DNA of 64,000 nucleotides from an uncultured Bacteroidales bacterium (GCA_963822145.1 CAWGGG010000004.1:698939-762938), one strand, 5' to 3'; shown: positions 49,555 through 60,646, counted from the first letter of the stretch. Numbers and translations: made by a program. The notes: generated by a model from the sequence alone, not told the origin.

Positions 49555-50829
49555 ATGAAAAGAATTATTTTTGCCGTGATTTCCGTTATGGCAATACAGG
49601 GCGCCTTCAGCCAAAGAGCAGACACCCTGAGCCTTGAGGCATGCTTTAGGATCGCCGGAGAGCGAAGTCCGCTGAACAGGCAAAAGAACCTCTCTGCCGA
49701 GGCCTGGGCCAATAAAAATAAAAACCTGACTTCTAACTGGTATCCTTCATTGGGATTCAATGCCCAGGCAATGTATTATTCCGAAACAGTTCATTTTTCG
49801 GACCTGGTGGGAAACCTTCCGACATCGGTTGAACCGCTTCCCCTGGATCAGTATAAGATTTGGGCTGATATTAACCAGCAGCTCTATGACGGTGGTGCTG
49901 TCAAGGCCCGGAAAGCGATGGAAAAGGCATCCTATGAGGCTGACCTGCAACAGGTTGAAGCAGATATCCTGGCCCTGAAGCAACAGGTAAACCAGACCTA
50001 TTTCTCCCTGCTGGCCGTAAAAGTCAACACCTCAGTCCTGCAGGTATCGTTTGAGGAGCTTCAGGAAAAGAAGAAGGTTGTCAAGGCCGGAGTGGACAAT
50101 GGTTTGGTTTTGTCTGAAAATATGATGGCCCTGGAGGCCGAGGAACTCCGGTTGCAGCAAAAACTGCTGGAATTAAAACTCAACCACGACCAGCTTATTA
50201 AGGTACTTTCCATCCTCATGGATTCAACCCTGCCGGGTAACCCGATCATCCATGAGCCTGCTGAACCCCGGGTAGTGGATGAACACATTACCCGACCGGA
50301 ATATGTGCTTCTTGACAAGCAAAAAGAGCAGCTGCAGGCCAGTCAGAAACTGGTTTCATCAACCGACCTGCCCAGATTTTTCGCATTTTCTCAGGTTGCT
50401 TATGGAAGGCCTGGTTATAACTTTCTCAGCCGTGAATTTCACCCCTATTATTCTGTTGGAATGGGCATGAAGTGGAATTTTATGAATTATGGTGACAACC
50501 GCAGACAGAAAAAAATACTGGATATCCAGAAAGATATTGTGGACATCAAGCGAGAGACTTTTGATGATCGGCTGAGCATACAGTTGCAGACGGAAAAATC
50601 CAATCAGGAGAAGTATGATGAGCTGATGAATCAGGATGAAGCCATATTGAAACTCAGAAAAGCCATAGCAGCAACCAGTCTCAACAAACTCACCAATGGC
50701 ATCATTACTTCCACTGATTATCTAACCGATTTAAATGCCGAGATCCTGGCCAGGCTTCAGTATGAAAACCATAAATTGCTTAAAATACAAGCCTTCTATA
50801 ATTATATGCTCCTGCAAGGCAAACTGTAG
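49555..50829 (+). CDS. TolC family outer membrane efflux protein
   Basis: Signal peptide, QQLYDGG, coiled coils, operon context. Confidence 0.88.
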   Translation: MKRIIFAVISVMAIQGAFSQRADTLSLEACFRIAGERSPLNRQKNLSAEAWANKNKNLTSNWYPSLGFNAQAMYYSETVHFSDLVGNLPTSVEPLPLDQYKIWADINQQLYDGGAVKARKAMEKASYEADLQQVEADILALKQQVNQTYFSLLAVKVNTSVLQVSFEELQEKKKVVKAGVDNGLVLSENMMALEAEELRLQQKLLELKLNHDQLIKVLSILMDSTLPGNPIIHEPAEPRVVDEHITRPEYVLLDKQKEQLQASQKLVSSTDLPRFFAFSQVAYGRPGYNFLSREFHPYYSVGMGMKWNFMNYGDNRRQKKILDIQKDIVDIKRETFDDRLSIQLQTEKSNQEKYDELMNQDEAILKLRKAIAATSLNKLTNGIITSTDYLTDLNAEILARLQYENHKLLKIQAFYNYMLLQGKL

Positions 50830-50867
50830 CTTATACTATTTGGTAAAAAACTATTAATTACTTATAT

Positions 50868-51776
50868 ATGAAAAGAATACTTGAATTTCGTTTGCTGACT
50901 GCCATCCTGTGCATACTTGTGCCTGTTTTTATCTTCTCCTGCAGCGGAAACAACCAAGAAGCTGATGCCTATGGCAATTTTGAAGCTGATGAAGTGATTG
51001 TATCAGCGCAATCCCAGGGCTTGCTGTTGTTTCTCGATGCAGTAGAAGGCAGCCTTCTGAAGAAAGATCAGCTGATCGGAAAAATCGATACCGCTTTGCC
51101 CCTGCTCAAAAAGGAGCAACTGATGGCACAGTATAAGGTGATCAACGCCCGGCTGCTTAACCTCGACGCACAGCTTAAAGTGCAGGATGAGCAACGGGTC
51201 AACCTGGTCAGGGAGGTTAACAGAACAGAAAGATTGTATAAAGAAAACGCGGCCACGCAGCAGCAATATGATGACCTGATCGGAAAGCTGAACCTGCTGG
51301 ATATGCAAACGGAAGCCCTCCGGAGTCAGAAAGGCATCATCCTCGGGGAACAGTCCGTGGTTAACGCTCAGCTTGACGAAGCGCTGAACATGCTGGAAAA
51401 ATGCAGTGTCACAAGTCCCCTCACAGGCACTGTACTTGAAAAATACGCTGAGGCGGGTGAACTGGTTACTCCAGGTAAGGCTTTGATTAAAGTGGCCAAC
51501 ATTGGCGAAATGGAGCTTAAGGTTTTTGTGAGCGGCGATCAGTTGCCGGGAATTGCCATTGGCGATACGGTAAGAATTTTTATTGACGGCAAGGAAGATA
51601 ACAAGAAGACTTTGAAGGGTTCTGTAAGCTGGATATCCTCCCAGGTTGAATTTACACCGAAAATCATTCAGACCCGGGAAGAAAGGATTAACATGGTATA
51701 TGCCGTGAAAATCAGGGTCAGCAATGATGGACAATTGAAGATTGGCATGCCTGGTGAGGTTGTATTCAATAAGTAA
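50868..51776 (+). CDS. HlyD family membrane fusion protein (YbhG-like)
   Basis: AYGNFEA, SPLTGTV, EFTPKIIQTREER, LKIGMPGEV. Confidence 0.92.
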   Translation: MKRILEFRLLTAILCILVPVFIFSCSGNNQEADAYGNFEADEVIVSAQSQGLLLFLDAVEGSLLKKDQLIGKIDTALPLLKKEQLMAQYKVINARLLNLDAQLKVQDEQRVNLVREVNRTERLYKENAATQQQYDDLIGKLNLLDMQTEALRSQKGIILGEQSVVNAQLDEALNMLEKCSVTSPLTGTVLEKYAEAGELVTPGKALIKVANIGEMELKVFVSGDQLPGIAIGDTVRIFIDGKEDNKKTLKGSVSWISSQVEFTPKIIQTREERINMVYAVKIRVSNDGQLKIGMPGEVVFNK

Positions 51777-51791
51777 TTAACCGTCAATAGT

Positions 51792-52721
51792 ATGGAATGC
51801 ATCGAAATCAGATCAATAAACAAATCCTATGGTGCGACCAGGGCCATCCGGGATACCAGCCTGACAATTCCCGAGAATTGCCTTTTCGGCCTGATTGGTC
51901 CGGATGGTGCCGGTAAAACCACGCTTTTCAGGATGATCACCACGTTACTTATACCCGACCAGGGCGCTGTTTTTGTTTTCGGATACGATACCGTTAAACA
52001 TTACCGGCAAATCAGATTGTTCACAGGTTATATGCCCGGCCGGTTCTCCCTTTATCCTGACCTTACGGTAACCGAAAACCTCATTTTTTATGCAACAATA
52101 TTCGGTACCACGATAAAAGAGCATTATCAGCTCATCCGGCCTGTCTATTCGCTTTTGGAGCCCTATGGCGACCGGCTGGCCATGAACCTTTCCGGGGGGA
52201 TGAAGCAAAAGCTTGCCCTTTGCTGTGCCCTCATTCATAATCCCAGGTTACTGGTGCTTGACGAGCCGACTACAGGTGTAGATGCCGTATCGAGGAAGGA
52301 GTTTTGGGAAACCCTCCAGGTGCTTAAAGAATCCGGCATGACCATCCTGGTTTCCACACCTTATATGGATGAGGCTGCACGATGTGAAAGGATCGCGCTG
52401 ATGCAGGAGGGAAGCATTATTGTTGAAGACCGGCCCCAGTCAATTCTTGCTGATTTTACCACACCGCTTTTTGAAGTACAGGGTCCTGACAGACTTGGAA
52501 CTTTACAACGGCTGCGTTCACTCCCGGAAATAAGGCGCGCATACCTTTTCGGGCATTCCATTCATATCGCCACATCTTCGCCGGGTTACGATGCCGGCTG
52601 GATCAATTCAAAACTGGCTGAATTTGGCATTACCGGGTTGGAAATCCAGCCGGTTACACCTGATTTTGAAGATTGCTTTATCGAGGGAGTTGAAATGAAC
52701 CGGAAAGAAAAGGTGGCATGA
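51792..52721 (+). CDS. ABC transporter ATP-binding protein (YbhF N-half-like)
   Basis: GPDGAGKTT, LSGGMKQK, LDEPTTGVD, STPYMDEA. Confidence 0.93.
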   Translation: MECIEIRSINKSYGATRAIRDTSLTIPENCLFGLIGPDGAGKTTLFRMITTLLIPDQGAVFVFGYDTVKHYRQIRLFTGYMPGRFSLYPDLTVTENLIFYATIFGTTIKEHYQLIRPVYSLLEPYGDRLAMNLSGGMKQKLALCCALIHNPRLLVLDEPTTGVDAVSRKEFWETLQVLKESGMTILVSTPYMDEAARCERIALMQEGSIIVEDRPQSILADFTTPLFEVQGPDRLGTLQRLRSLPEIRRAYLFGHSIHIATSSPGYDAGWINSKLAEFGITGLEIQPVTPDFEDCFIEGVEMNRKEKVA

Positions 52722-53449
52722 ATCAAAGTAAGGTTATCATTTCTGTAAACAACCTGGTGAAGAAATACGGCGATTTTATCGCCAATGACAGGTTGACCTT
52801 TAATGTATATGAAGGCGAAATCTTTGGATTTTTAGGGGCCAACGGTGCCGGTAAAACCACAGCCATAAGGATTCTCTGCGGTCTGTCTTATCCGTCCTCC
52901 GGTAAAATCGAGATTTCAGGATTTGATGTATATACCCAGCGGGAACAAATTAAACGGAACATCGGGTATATGAGTCAGAAGTTCTCCTTGTATGAGGATC
53001 TGAATATCCGGGAAAATATACGTTTTTACGGGGGCATATACGGTATGTCCACAGCAGCCATAAGAAGAAAGACCGATGAGCTGGTTGAGGAGCTGGGGCT
53101 TTCATCCATTGCGCACACCCTGGTTCGGGATATACCCTTGGGATGGCGTCAGAAAGTAGCTTTTTCGGTGGCCATTTTTCATGAACCCAAAATTGTGTTC
53201 CTGGATGAACCGACAGGCGGCGTGGATCCGCTGACACGCAGGCAGTTCTGGGAGCACATCTACAGGGCTGCTGCCAGGGGGATAACCGTTTTTGTAACCA
53301 CCCATTACATGGATGAGGCAGAGTATTGCGAAAGGGTATCCATCATGGCGGATGGCCGGATTGAGGCACTCGACTCACCTGCCAGGCTCAAGCAGGCATT
53401 TGGCGCGGCCACCATGGATGAGGTTTTTTTGAAGATTTCGAGAAAATGA
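52718..53449 (+). CDS. ABC transporter ATP-binding protein (YbhF C-half-like)
   Basis: GANGAGKTT, PLGWRQK, LDEPTGGVDP, THYMDEAE. Confidence 0.93.
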   Translation: MNQSKVIISVNNLVKKYGDFIANDRLTFNVYEGEIFGFLGANGAGKTTAIRILCGLSYPSSGKIEISGFDVYTQREQIKRNIGYMSQKFSLYEDLNIRENIRFYGGIYGMSTAAIRRKTDELVEELGLSSIAHTLVRDIPLGWRQKVAFSVAIFHEPKIVFLDEPTGGVDPLTRRQFWEHIYRAAARGITVFVTTHYMDEAEYCERVSIMADGRIEALDSPARLKQAFGAATMDEVFLKISRK

Positions 53450-53456
53450 AAACTAC

Positions 53457-54563
53457 ATGAAAGAATTCATAGGTTTTGTAAAAAAGGAATTCCTCCATAT
53501 TTTCAGGGATCCCCGCTCCCTGGTGATCCTGTTCGGTATGCCGGTGATCCAGATTCTTATTTTTGGATATGTGATCCGTAATGAAATTCAGGATGTGAAA
53601 ATTGCCATCCTGGATGAATCCAAAGATCCGGTAACCCGGGAGATTACCAATCATATGCTGGCATCCGGCTTTTTTCAGCTGGAGCAAAACATCAGCTCGA
53701 CCGAAGATGTGGAGAAAATTTTCAAAAGAGGACGGGTTCGTGAGGTGGTCATCTTTGAGCAAAACTTTGCTGAAAAGCTTGAAAAGGAGGGCCTGGCGCA
53801 CATGCAAATACTGGCTGATGCTTCAGATCCCAATTCTGCAAAAATGATTGTTTCCTATACTCAGGGCATCGTTTCAGCCTATGTCCAGGAACTTAACAAC
53901 CAGGTTAAATCTCCGCTGATCCTGGAACCCAGGGTCCGGATGATATACAACGCCGACCTGAAGAGCGCTTATATGTTTGTACCGGGGACCATGGCCATGG
54001 TCCTGATGCTGGTATCGGCCATGATGACATCGATCTCCATTGCCCGTGAGAAAGAAACAGGCACTATGGAAGCTATTCTGGTTTCCCCGCTGAGGCCTAT
54101 ACAGATAATTGCCGGCAAGGTGACACCGTACATTCTGCTTTCCTGCATCAATGCCGTCATGATCCTGATCCTGGGATATTTTGTTTTTCAGTTGCCCATT
54201 CGGGGTAGTTTAACCCTCCTGGTTTTTGAGACCATCCTTTTCATATCATTGGCGCTTTCCCTGGGTATCATGATATCCACCGTCAGCGGCAACCAGCAGG
54301 TGGCCATGTTCATTTCGGCCTTGGCCCTGATGCTTCCGACCCTGCTGTTGTCTGGATTTATTTTTCCGATAGAGAACATGCCGAAAATATTGCAGTGGCT
54401 TTGTTACATAATCCCGCCCAAGTATTTTATTACCATCATACGCAGTGTCATGTTAAAGGGCACCGGTATTTTGGAAGTGTGGAAGGAAACGATGGTCATG
54501 GTTTCCATGTTGGTGATATTTCTGGGGATCAGTGCAGCCAGGTTTAAAGTCAGATTGCATTAA
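53457..54563 (+). CDS. ABC-2 transporter permease (YbhS-like)
   Basis: KEFLHIFRDPR, AREKETGTME, LSGFIFPIENMP. Confidence 0.92.
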   Translation: MKEFIGFVKKEFLHIFRDPRSLVILFGMPVIQILIFGYVIRNEIQDVKIAILDESKDPVTREITNHMLASGFFQLEQNISSTEDVEKIFKRGRVREVVIFEQNFAEKLEKEGLAHMQILADASDPNSAKMIVSYTQGIVSAYVQELNNQVKSPLILEPRVRMIYNADLKSAYMFVPGTMAMVLMLVSAMMTSISIAREKETGTMEAILVSPLRPIQIIAGKVTPYILLSCINAVMILILGYFVFQLPIRGSLTLLVFETILFISLALSLGIMISTVSGNQQVAMFISALALMLPTLLLSGFIFPIENMPKILQWLCYIIPPKYFITIIRSVMLKGTGILEVWKETMVMVSMLVIFLGISAARFKVRLH

Positions 54564-54611
54564 GCGCGAAGAGAAGCATTTCAGATTACGGCATTAAACT
54601 TAACAAAAGTC

Positions 54612-55733
54612 ATGAGAACAATCGGGTTTATCCTGCAAAAGGAATTCAGGCAGATCTTCAGGAACCGGACTATGCTTCCGTTCATTTTTGTAGTTCCCTT
54701 TATTCAGTTGCTGATTCTGGTGAACGCGGCCACCCTGGATATGAAGCATATTGAAATGATCCTGGTTGACCGCGACCATTCACAACTATCCAGGCAACTG
54801 TCGGAGAAATTCACGCAATCTCCTTTCTTTAAGCTGGTTGAAGCAGGTATTTCATCGGAGCAGGCTGAAGAAGAAATGCTCCGGAACCGCACGGATTTGA
54901 TCGTGGTTATTCCGGAACATTTTGAGGATAGGTTGTACCGCGAAGGAAAGACATCTGTTCAATTGCAGATCGATGCTATCAACGGCATGACGGCTGGCCT
55001 GATCAATGCCTATGCCTCACAGATTATTACGGGTTATAACCAGGAATTGTTAAAAGCAGCCGGCAAGAATGCCCTGGTTAATATTGTAACTAAATATATT
55101 GACATCCGATATAGTTTCTGGTACAACAGTGAATTGAATTTCAAGCATTATATGGTGCCGGGCATCCTGGTCATACTCCTCACACTTATAAGCATGTTCC
55201 TGGCTTCGCTTAACCTGGTGCGTGAAAAGGAAATGGGAACCATTGAACAGATCAATGTAACCCCTATTCAAAAACATCACTTTATTATAGGTAAACTCAT
55301 TCCTTTCTGGATCATTGCCCTCTTTGAGCTGGCATTTGGACTTGTATTGGGCAAACTAATGTTCAGGATCCCTATCGAAGGCAACCTGCCATTACTTTTT
55401 GCCTTTGCTGCCGTTTACCTGATTGCGATCCTGGGTATGGGACTGTTGATTTCAACACTGTCGCAGACACAACAGCAAGCTATGTTCCTTAACTTCTTCT
55501 TTATGATTACTTTCGTTCTGATGAGCGGTATTTTCACGCCCGCTGAAAGCATGCCCGCCTGGGCCCAGAAGGTGAATATCCTCAATCCTCTGGCTTATTT
55601 CATGAGGGTGATCCGCATGATCCTGCTCAAGGGTTCAACCTTCACTGATATTTCCCGAGATTTTGCCGGCATGTTCGCTATGGCATTAGTATTGCTTTCA
55701 CTGGCTACCTGGAGATATCGAAAAATAGCATGA
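54612..55733 (+). CDS. ABC-2 transporter permease (YbhR-like)
   Basis: KEFRQIFR, VREKEMGTIEQ, SGIFTPAESMP. Confidence 0.92.
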   Translation: MRTIGFILQKEFRQIFRNRTMLPFIFVVPFIQLLILVNAATLDMKHIEMILVDRDHSQLSRQLSEKFTQSPFFKLVEAGISSEQAEEEMLRNRTDLIVVIPEHFEDRLYREGKTSVQLQIDAINGMTAGLINAYASQIITGYNQELLKAAGKNALVNIVTKYIDIRYSFWYNSELNFKHYMVPGILVILLTLISMFLASLNLVREKEMGTIEQINVTPIQKHHFIIGKLIPFWIIALFELAFGLVLGKLMFRIPIEGNLPLLFAFAAVYLIAILGMGLLISTLSQTQQQAMFLNFFFMITFVLMSGIFTPAESMPAWAQKVNILNPLAYFMRVIRMILLKGSTFTDISRDFAGMFAMALVLLSLATWRYRKIA

Positions 55734-55795
55734 CGGGTTAACCAAAAGTTTTTTTCAAATTTCAACTGTCAAAATCATAGATATCTAAATTTTTG

Positions 55796-55803
55796 TATAT
55801 TTG
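55796..55803 (+). promoter_or_regulatory. -7 promoter element (TATATTTG) of the nuo operon
   Basis: Matches TAnnTTTG, 35 bp upstream of nuoA. Confidence 0.6.
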
Positions 55804-55838
55804 GCCCTTCCTGTAAAATACTAAATAACCTTTCTGGT

Positions 55839-56189
55839 ATGAGTAATGAAACTCTTGTTCTCTTTTTTGCCATCGGGATCATACTGGTAGGCGGGGCTAT
55901 CCTGTTTTCACATTATCTGGCCCCTTCCTCAGTGAACCCTGCCAAATCAGAGCCTTATGAATGCGGAATACCCGTGCAAAGTCCTGCATGGATCCAGTTT
56001 AACGTCGGCTATTACCTTTTTGCCATCATATACCTGGTTTTTGATGTGGAAACTGTTTTTATTTTTCCCTGGGGAGTGGTGATGCATGAAGTTGGTATCA
56101 GAGCTTTTGTTGAGATACTGATATTTCTCATAATCCTGGGTTTAGGCTTGCTCTATGCCTGGCGTAAAGACGCATTGAGATGGGTATAA
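55839..56189 (+). CDS. nuoA: NADH-quinone oxidoreductase subunit A
   Basis: [23 protein letters not shown]. Confidence 0.95.
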   Translation: MSNETLVLFFAIGIILVGGAILFSHYLAPSSVNPAKSEPYECGIPVQSPAWIQFNVGYYLFAIIYLVFDVETVFIFPWGVVMHEVGIRAFVEILIFLIILGLGLLYAWRKDALRWV

Positions 56190-56755
56190 AAATCAAATCG
56201 ATGCATTATGAGGATTTCAAGGATAATGAAACCCTTGAACTCCTGAACAAATCGGGGAGTAACATATTGCTAACTACTTTAGACAACATCATCAACTGGG
56301 GCAGGTCGAACTCGATATGGCCCCTTACCTTTGCCACAAGTTGCTGTGGTATTGAAATGATGGCATCCGGAGCTCCCCGTCATGATTTTGCGCGGTTTGG
56401 GGTGGAGGTATATCGTGCCTCACCACGGCAAGCCGATGTTATTGTTGTGGCTGGTACTATTGTACATAAAATGGCTCCGGTTTTGAAGCGTTTATATGAT
56501 CAGATGCCTGATCCTAAATATGTAATTGCTATGGGTGCGTGCGCTATAAGCGGTGGTCCTTTTTACTATAATTCCTATTCGGTGGTGCGGGGAGCTGATC
56601 TGATCATACCCGTGGATGTATTTATTCCGGGTTGCCCTCCCAGGCCTGAGGCCTTGTTGTACGGGATCATCCAGCTCCAGCGGAAGATAAAGGGTGAACG
56701 CAGCTTTTCCAGCCCGAAAACAACAAATGACCAGCCCGCAGAAAACACCAAATAG
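56180..56755 (+). CDS. nuoB: NADH-quinone oxidoreductase subunit B
   Basis: [31 protein letters not shown]. Confidence 0.96.
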   Translation: MGIKIKSMHYEDFKDNETLELLNKSGSNILLTTLDNIINWGRSNSIWPLTFATSCCGIEMMASGAPRHDFARFGVEVYRASPRQADVIVVAGTIVHKMAPVLKRLYDQMPDPKYVIAMGACAISGGPFYYNSYSVVRGADLIIPVDVFIPGCPPRPEALLYGIIQLQRKIKGERSFSSPKTTNDQPAENTK

Positions 56756-56759
56756 CGCA

Positions 56760-57215
56760 ATGGACAGAATTACCGTGAAACAACATCTCGAGAGCTTGAT
56801 TCCTGAAGCTGTTTTCCCTGAAAACAAGCAATATCTTGAAGTTCTCGTACCTGCAGATAAACTGCATCTTTTTTGTGAACATCTGAAAGACTCCACCGAT
56901 CTTCTTTTTGATTATCTGATTTGTCTGACCGCCGTGGACTGGCCGGATCATTTCATGATGGTTTACCACCTCACCTCCTCCCGGTTCCGGCATACCGTTG
57001 TGGTAAAGTCCCGTATTGATGACAAGGAAAAACCGGTGATTGATACCCTGTCGGATATTTGGAAAACTGCAGAATTTCATGAACGTGAAGTATTTGATCT
57101 GTTTGGTATTTCGTTCCGCAATCATCCCGACCTGAGAAGACTCTTCCTGGAGGATGACTACGGTTATCCGCTGCGGAAAGATTTTACCGATGAAACCAGA
57201 ATGATTGTTAAATAA
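56760..57215 (+). CDS. nuoC: NADH-quinone oxidoreductase subunit C
   Basis: TAVDW, HEREVFDLFGI.F..HPDLRR, GYPLRKDF; start moved to ATG at 56760. Confidence 0.93.
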   Translation: MDRITVKQHLESLIPEAVFPENKQYLEVLVPADKLHLFCEHLKDSTDLLFDYLICLTAVDWPDHFMMVYHLTSSRFRHTVVVKSRIDDKEKPVIDTLSDIWKTAEFHEREVFDLFGISFRNHPDLRRLFLEDDYGYPLRKDFTDETRMIVK

Positions 57216-57218
57216 GAT

Positions 57219-58346
57219 ATGCAGGAAGAAACCGTAAAAAATATTATTCTGGGCGAAGATGATAATTATATTATCAATGTTGGTCCTCAACACCCGTCAA
57301 CTCATGGTGTTTTAAGATTTGAAGTTTCCCTGCGGGGAGAAACCATCAGGAGGGTAGTACCACATTGTGGGTATATCCACCGCGGGATTGAGAAGATGTG
57401 TGAACGGGATACCTATCCGCAGATCATTCACCTGACTGACCGGATGGACTACCTCAGTGCCCATATGAACAATGAGGCTGTTTGCCTTTGTGTGGAGAAT
57501 GCACTTGAAGTGGAAGTGCCTGAGCGGGTTATCTATATTCGTACCATCCTGGATGAACTGAGCCGGATTGCCTCTCACCAGCTATGGTGGTGTGCCATGG
57601 GTATGGATATGGGTGCACTGACCACCTTTTTCTATGGTCTGCGCGACCGGGAAAAAATCCTGGACATTTTTGAAGAATCTTTCGGAACCAGGCTTATCCA
57701 AAGCGTTAATACGCCGGGTGGTCTGATGCAGGATATTCACCCCGGCTTTCAGAAACGCATTAAATCCTTCATTGCCTATTTCCGGAAAAAGCTTCCTGAA
57801 TACGATCGGTTGCTCACCGGTAATGTTATTTTCAGGGAAAGAACTGAGGGGATTGCCCCACTGAGCCTTGAAGAGGCCATTCAGTATGGTGTAACCGGAC
57901 CAAGCGGACGTGCTTCTGGCTTTTCATGCGACGTGCGAAAGATTGAGCCCTATGGCGCCTATCACAAGGTTAAATTCAGAGAGATCCTGCTAACCGAAGG
58001 CGATACGTTGGCCCGTTACAAAGTAAGGATCGGGGAGATGTATGAATCCATGAATATCCTCGAACAATTGGTCGACAATATTCCGGAAGGTGATTATACG
58101 GCCAAGATGAAAGCCGTCCTCAGGCTTCCGGCAGGTGAATTCTACCAGCGTGTTGAAACAGCCCGGGGAGAGCTGGGCGTTTATTTGGTGAGCGACGGGA
58201 ATAAAACCCCTTACCGGATAAAATTCAGGACACCGAATTTTTCCAATCTTTTTGTTATCAGTAAGTTGGCGGTTGGCTATAAGATTGCCGACCTGATCGC
58301 CATCAGCGGTTCACTTGACCTGGTTATACCGGATATTGACAGATAG
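57219..58346 (+). CDS. nuoD: NADH-quinone oxidoreductase subunit D
   Basis: NVGPQHPSTHGVLR, GYIHRGIEK, ETARGELG, terminal DIDR; no NiFe CxxC motifs. Confidence 0.96.
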   Translation: MQEETVKNIILGEDDNYIINVGPQHPSTHGVLRFEVSLRGETIRRVVPHCGYIHRGIEKMCERDTYPQIIHLTDRMDYLSAHMNNEAVCLCVENALEVEVPERVIYIRTILDELSRIASHQLWWCAMGMDMGALTTFFYGLRDREKILDIFEESFGTRLIQSVNTPGGLMQDIHPGFQKRIKSFIAYFRKKLPEYDRLLTGNVIFRERTEGIAPLSLEEAIQYGVTGPSGRASGFSCDVRKIEPYGAYHKVKFREILLTEGDTLARYKVRIGEMYESMNILEQLVDNIPEGDYTAKMKAVLRLPAGEFYQRVETARGELGVYLVSDGNKTPYRIKFRTPNFSNLFVISKLAVGYKIADLIAISGSLDLVIPDIDR

Positions 58347-58396
58347 CTCATGAAAGTACGGCATGAATTTGCATCATAAAATGATATCTATAAAAT

Positions 58397-59485
58397 ATGG
58401 TATTTGATATTTACGATTTTTCCAGTTTCACGAAGTCGATCGACAATGGCCTGAACGCCGTTATGTCGCCCGGATGGGCACAATTCACTGAGCTTGTGAT
58501 TATCGGACTGGTTTTCCTGATCTTCTATGCCATCCTGGGATTGTTTTTGGTATATGCTGAGAGAAGGGTATGCGCTTTTATCCAGAACAGGCTGGGACCG
58601 AACCGTGTGGGACCGCAGGGTATATTCCAGACCATTGCCGACCTGATCAAGTTGCTGATGAAGGAACTGATTCCCATTAAGAATGCCGACAAATTACTTT
58701 TCAACATCGCGCCTTTCATTGTGATCATTGCTTCTTTTATGGCCATTGCTGCCATTCCCTTCGCCAAGGGTTTGCATGCCATCGACTTCAACATCGGTAT
58801 TTTTTATATCATTGCCGTATCCTCACTGGGTGTGGTCGGGATCCTGCTGGCCGGATGGTCGAGCAACAGCAAGTATTCCCTCATCGGTGCCATGCGGAGC
58901 GGTGCTCAGATAATCAGTTACGAGCTTTCTGTCGGACTATCGCTACTAACCATTGTTGTTTTTGCAGGGACCATGCAACTTTCGGGAATCATCCATAGTC
59001 AGGCAGATGGCTGGTGGATCTTCAAGGGTCATATCCCGGCTGTGGTTGCTTTTGTCGTATTCCTGATTGCAAGTACCGCTGAAACCAACCGGGGACCCTT
59101 TGACCTCGCGGAAGCAGAATCGGAATTGACCGCCGGCTATCACACCGAATATTCCGGGATAAAATTTGCCTTTTTCTTCCTGGCTGAATTTATGAATATG
59201 TTCATCGTAGCTTCAGTCGCTTCCACGGTTTTCCTGGGAGGCTGGATGCCCCTTCATTTCGGGTTGGATAACGGATTCAACCACATCATGGATTATATCC
59301 CCCCCGTAGTCTGGTTTTTCGGGAAGACCTTCCTGGTCATATACATCATGATGTGGTTCAAATGGACCTTTCCCAGGTTGCGTATCGACCAGCTGCTGAC
59401 ACTCGAGTGGAAATACCTGCTGCCGATCAACCTGTTCAATATAGTGATTGTTGCATTATTAACCCTTCTGGGATGGCACTTCTAA
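58397..59485 (+). CDS. nuoH: NADH-quinone oxidoreductase subunit H
   Basis: [39 protein letters not shown]. Confidence 0.97.
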   Translation: MVFDIYDFSSFTKSIDNGLNAVMSPGWAQFTELVIIGLVFLIFYAILGLFLVYAERRVCAFIQNRLGPNRVGPQGIFQTIADLIKLLMKELIPIKNADKLLFNIAPFIVIIASFMAIAAIPFAKGLHAIDFNIGIFYIIAVSSLGVVGILLAGWSSNSKYSLIGAMRSGAQIISYELSVGLSLLTIVVFAGTMQLSGIIHSQADGWWIFKGHIPAVVAFVVFLIASTAETNRGPFDLAEAESELTAGYHTEYSGIKFAFFFLAEFMNMFIVASVASTVFLGGWMPLHFGLDNGFNHIMDYIPPVVWFFGKTFLVIYIMMWFKWTFPRLRIDQLLTLEWKYLLPINLFNIVIVALLTLLGWHF

Positions 59486-59489
59486 AATC

Positions 59490-59969
59490 ATGAAAGCTTT
59501 GATTGACTATTTAAAAGATATATTCTTCGGGATAAGGACGCTATGGACGGGCATGCGTATTACCGGAAGGTACTTTGTAAGTCCCGGTGAGATTGTTACC
59601 CAGAAATACCCGGAGAACCGGGATCAGCTGGTGATGTTTGAGCGGTACAAGGGAGAAGTGATCATGCCGCATGATGAGAACAACCAGCATCGCTGCACCG
59701 GATGCGGTATTTGTCAGATGAATTGCCCGAACGGTTCCATTGAGATTGTCACACGCAAGGAAATGTCACCGGAAGGCAAGGAGGTCCGGTTAATCGATAA
59801 GCATATCTATCATCTCGATATGTGTACTTTTTGCGCCTTGTGTGTGAAAACATGTCCGTCAGATGCACTTGCCTTCGGCCATGATTTTGAGAATGCCGTG
59901 TTCGACAAATCGAAACTGACCAAAATTTTAAATAAACCGGGGTCGTCCCTTAAAAAAGAGATGAAGTGA
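59490..59969 (+). CDS. nuoI: NADH-quinone oxidoreductase subunit I
   Basis: TQKYPE, CTGCGICQMNCP and CTFCALCVKTCP. Confidence 0.93.
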   Translation: MKALIDYLKDIFFGIRTLWTGMRITGRYFVSPGEIVTQKYPENRDQLVMFERYKGEVIMPHDENNQHRCTGCGICQMNCPNGSIEIVTRKEMSPEGKEVRLIDKHIYHLDMCTFCALCVKTCPSDALAFGHDFENAVFDKSKLTKILNKPGSSLKKEMK

Positions 59970-60475
59970 TGGGAGCTAACGTATTCATGTTTTATCTTTT
60001 TTCAGCCACTATTTTGTTTTTTTCGGTATTGGCCGTAACCAGCCGGAAAATATTGCGCGCTGCCGTTTTTCTTTTGTTTGCCCTGGTTGCCACATCAGGC
60101 TATTACTTTTTACTCCAATATCAGTTTCTTGCAGGGGTGCAGCTGGCCTTATATGCCGGAGGCATCGTGGTGCTGATCATCTTCTCAATCCTGCTGACAC
60201 ACCACATCAGCCATAAGTTTGAAAGACCTCCTCTGCTGAATGTGTTTTATGGACTGCTGCTGGCCGTTACCGGTACTGTCATTACCATCCTGTCAATCCT
60301 TAACTATCCTTTCAAGGCTTCGACAGCCGCACCACTTGAAGTGGATATGCGGGTGATCGGTCTGCAGTTGATGAGCACTGGTGTCAATGGTTTTGCACTT
60401 CCTTTTGAAGTCATTTCCGTGCTGTTGCTTGCTGCCATGATTGGTGCCATAGTGATTGCCAAGAAAGCAAAATAG
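59966..60475 (+). CDS. nuoJ: NADH-quinone oxidoreductase subunit J
   Basis: Q..LYAGGIVVL, PFEVISVLLLAAMIGAI. Confidence 0.94.
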   Translation: MMGANVFMFYLFSATILFFSVLAVTSRKILRAAVFLLFALVATSGYYFLLQYQFLAGVQLALYAGGIVVLIIFSILLTHHISHKFERPPLLNVFYGLLLAVTGTVITILSILNYPFKASTAAPLEVDMRVIGLQLMSTGVNGFALPFEVISVLLLAAMIGAIVIAKKAK

Positions 60476-60476
60476 T

Positions 60477-60639
60477 AGAAGGAAAATGGAAGAGGGAAGA
60501 TCAAAGATGGAAGACAAAAAAATGAAAAAGAATTTATGGAAAAACAAAAGAGCATGCATCCAATTTCAAAGTTCAGTTCAAGTTATTATTTTGAATCTTG
60601 CATCTTGGATCTTGAATCTTGATTCTTATATCTTAAATC
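60477..60639. repeat. Two partly complementary degenerate heptamer arrays inside the nuo operon
   Basis: AGATGGA-like x6 (60477-60518) and TTGAATC-like x7 (60591-60639) flanking a 72-bp spacer. Confidence 0.8.
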
Positions 60640-60646
60640 AAAACAT

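Noticed and set aside
57219-58346. Group 4 [NiFe]-hydrogenase large subunit
   Set aside because: No N- or C-terminal CxxC motifs; it has the NuoD quinone-site His/Tyr motifs and nuo operon context
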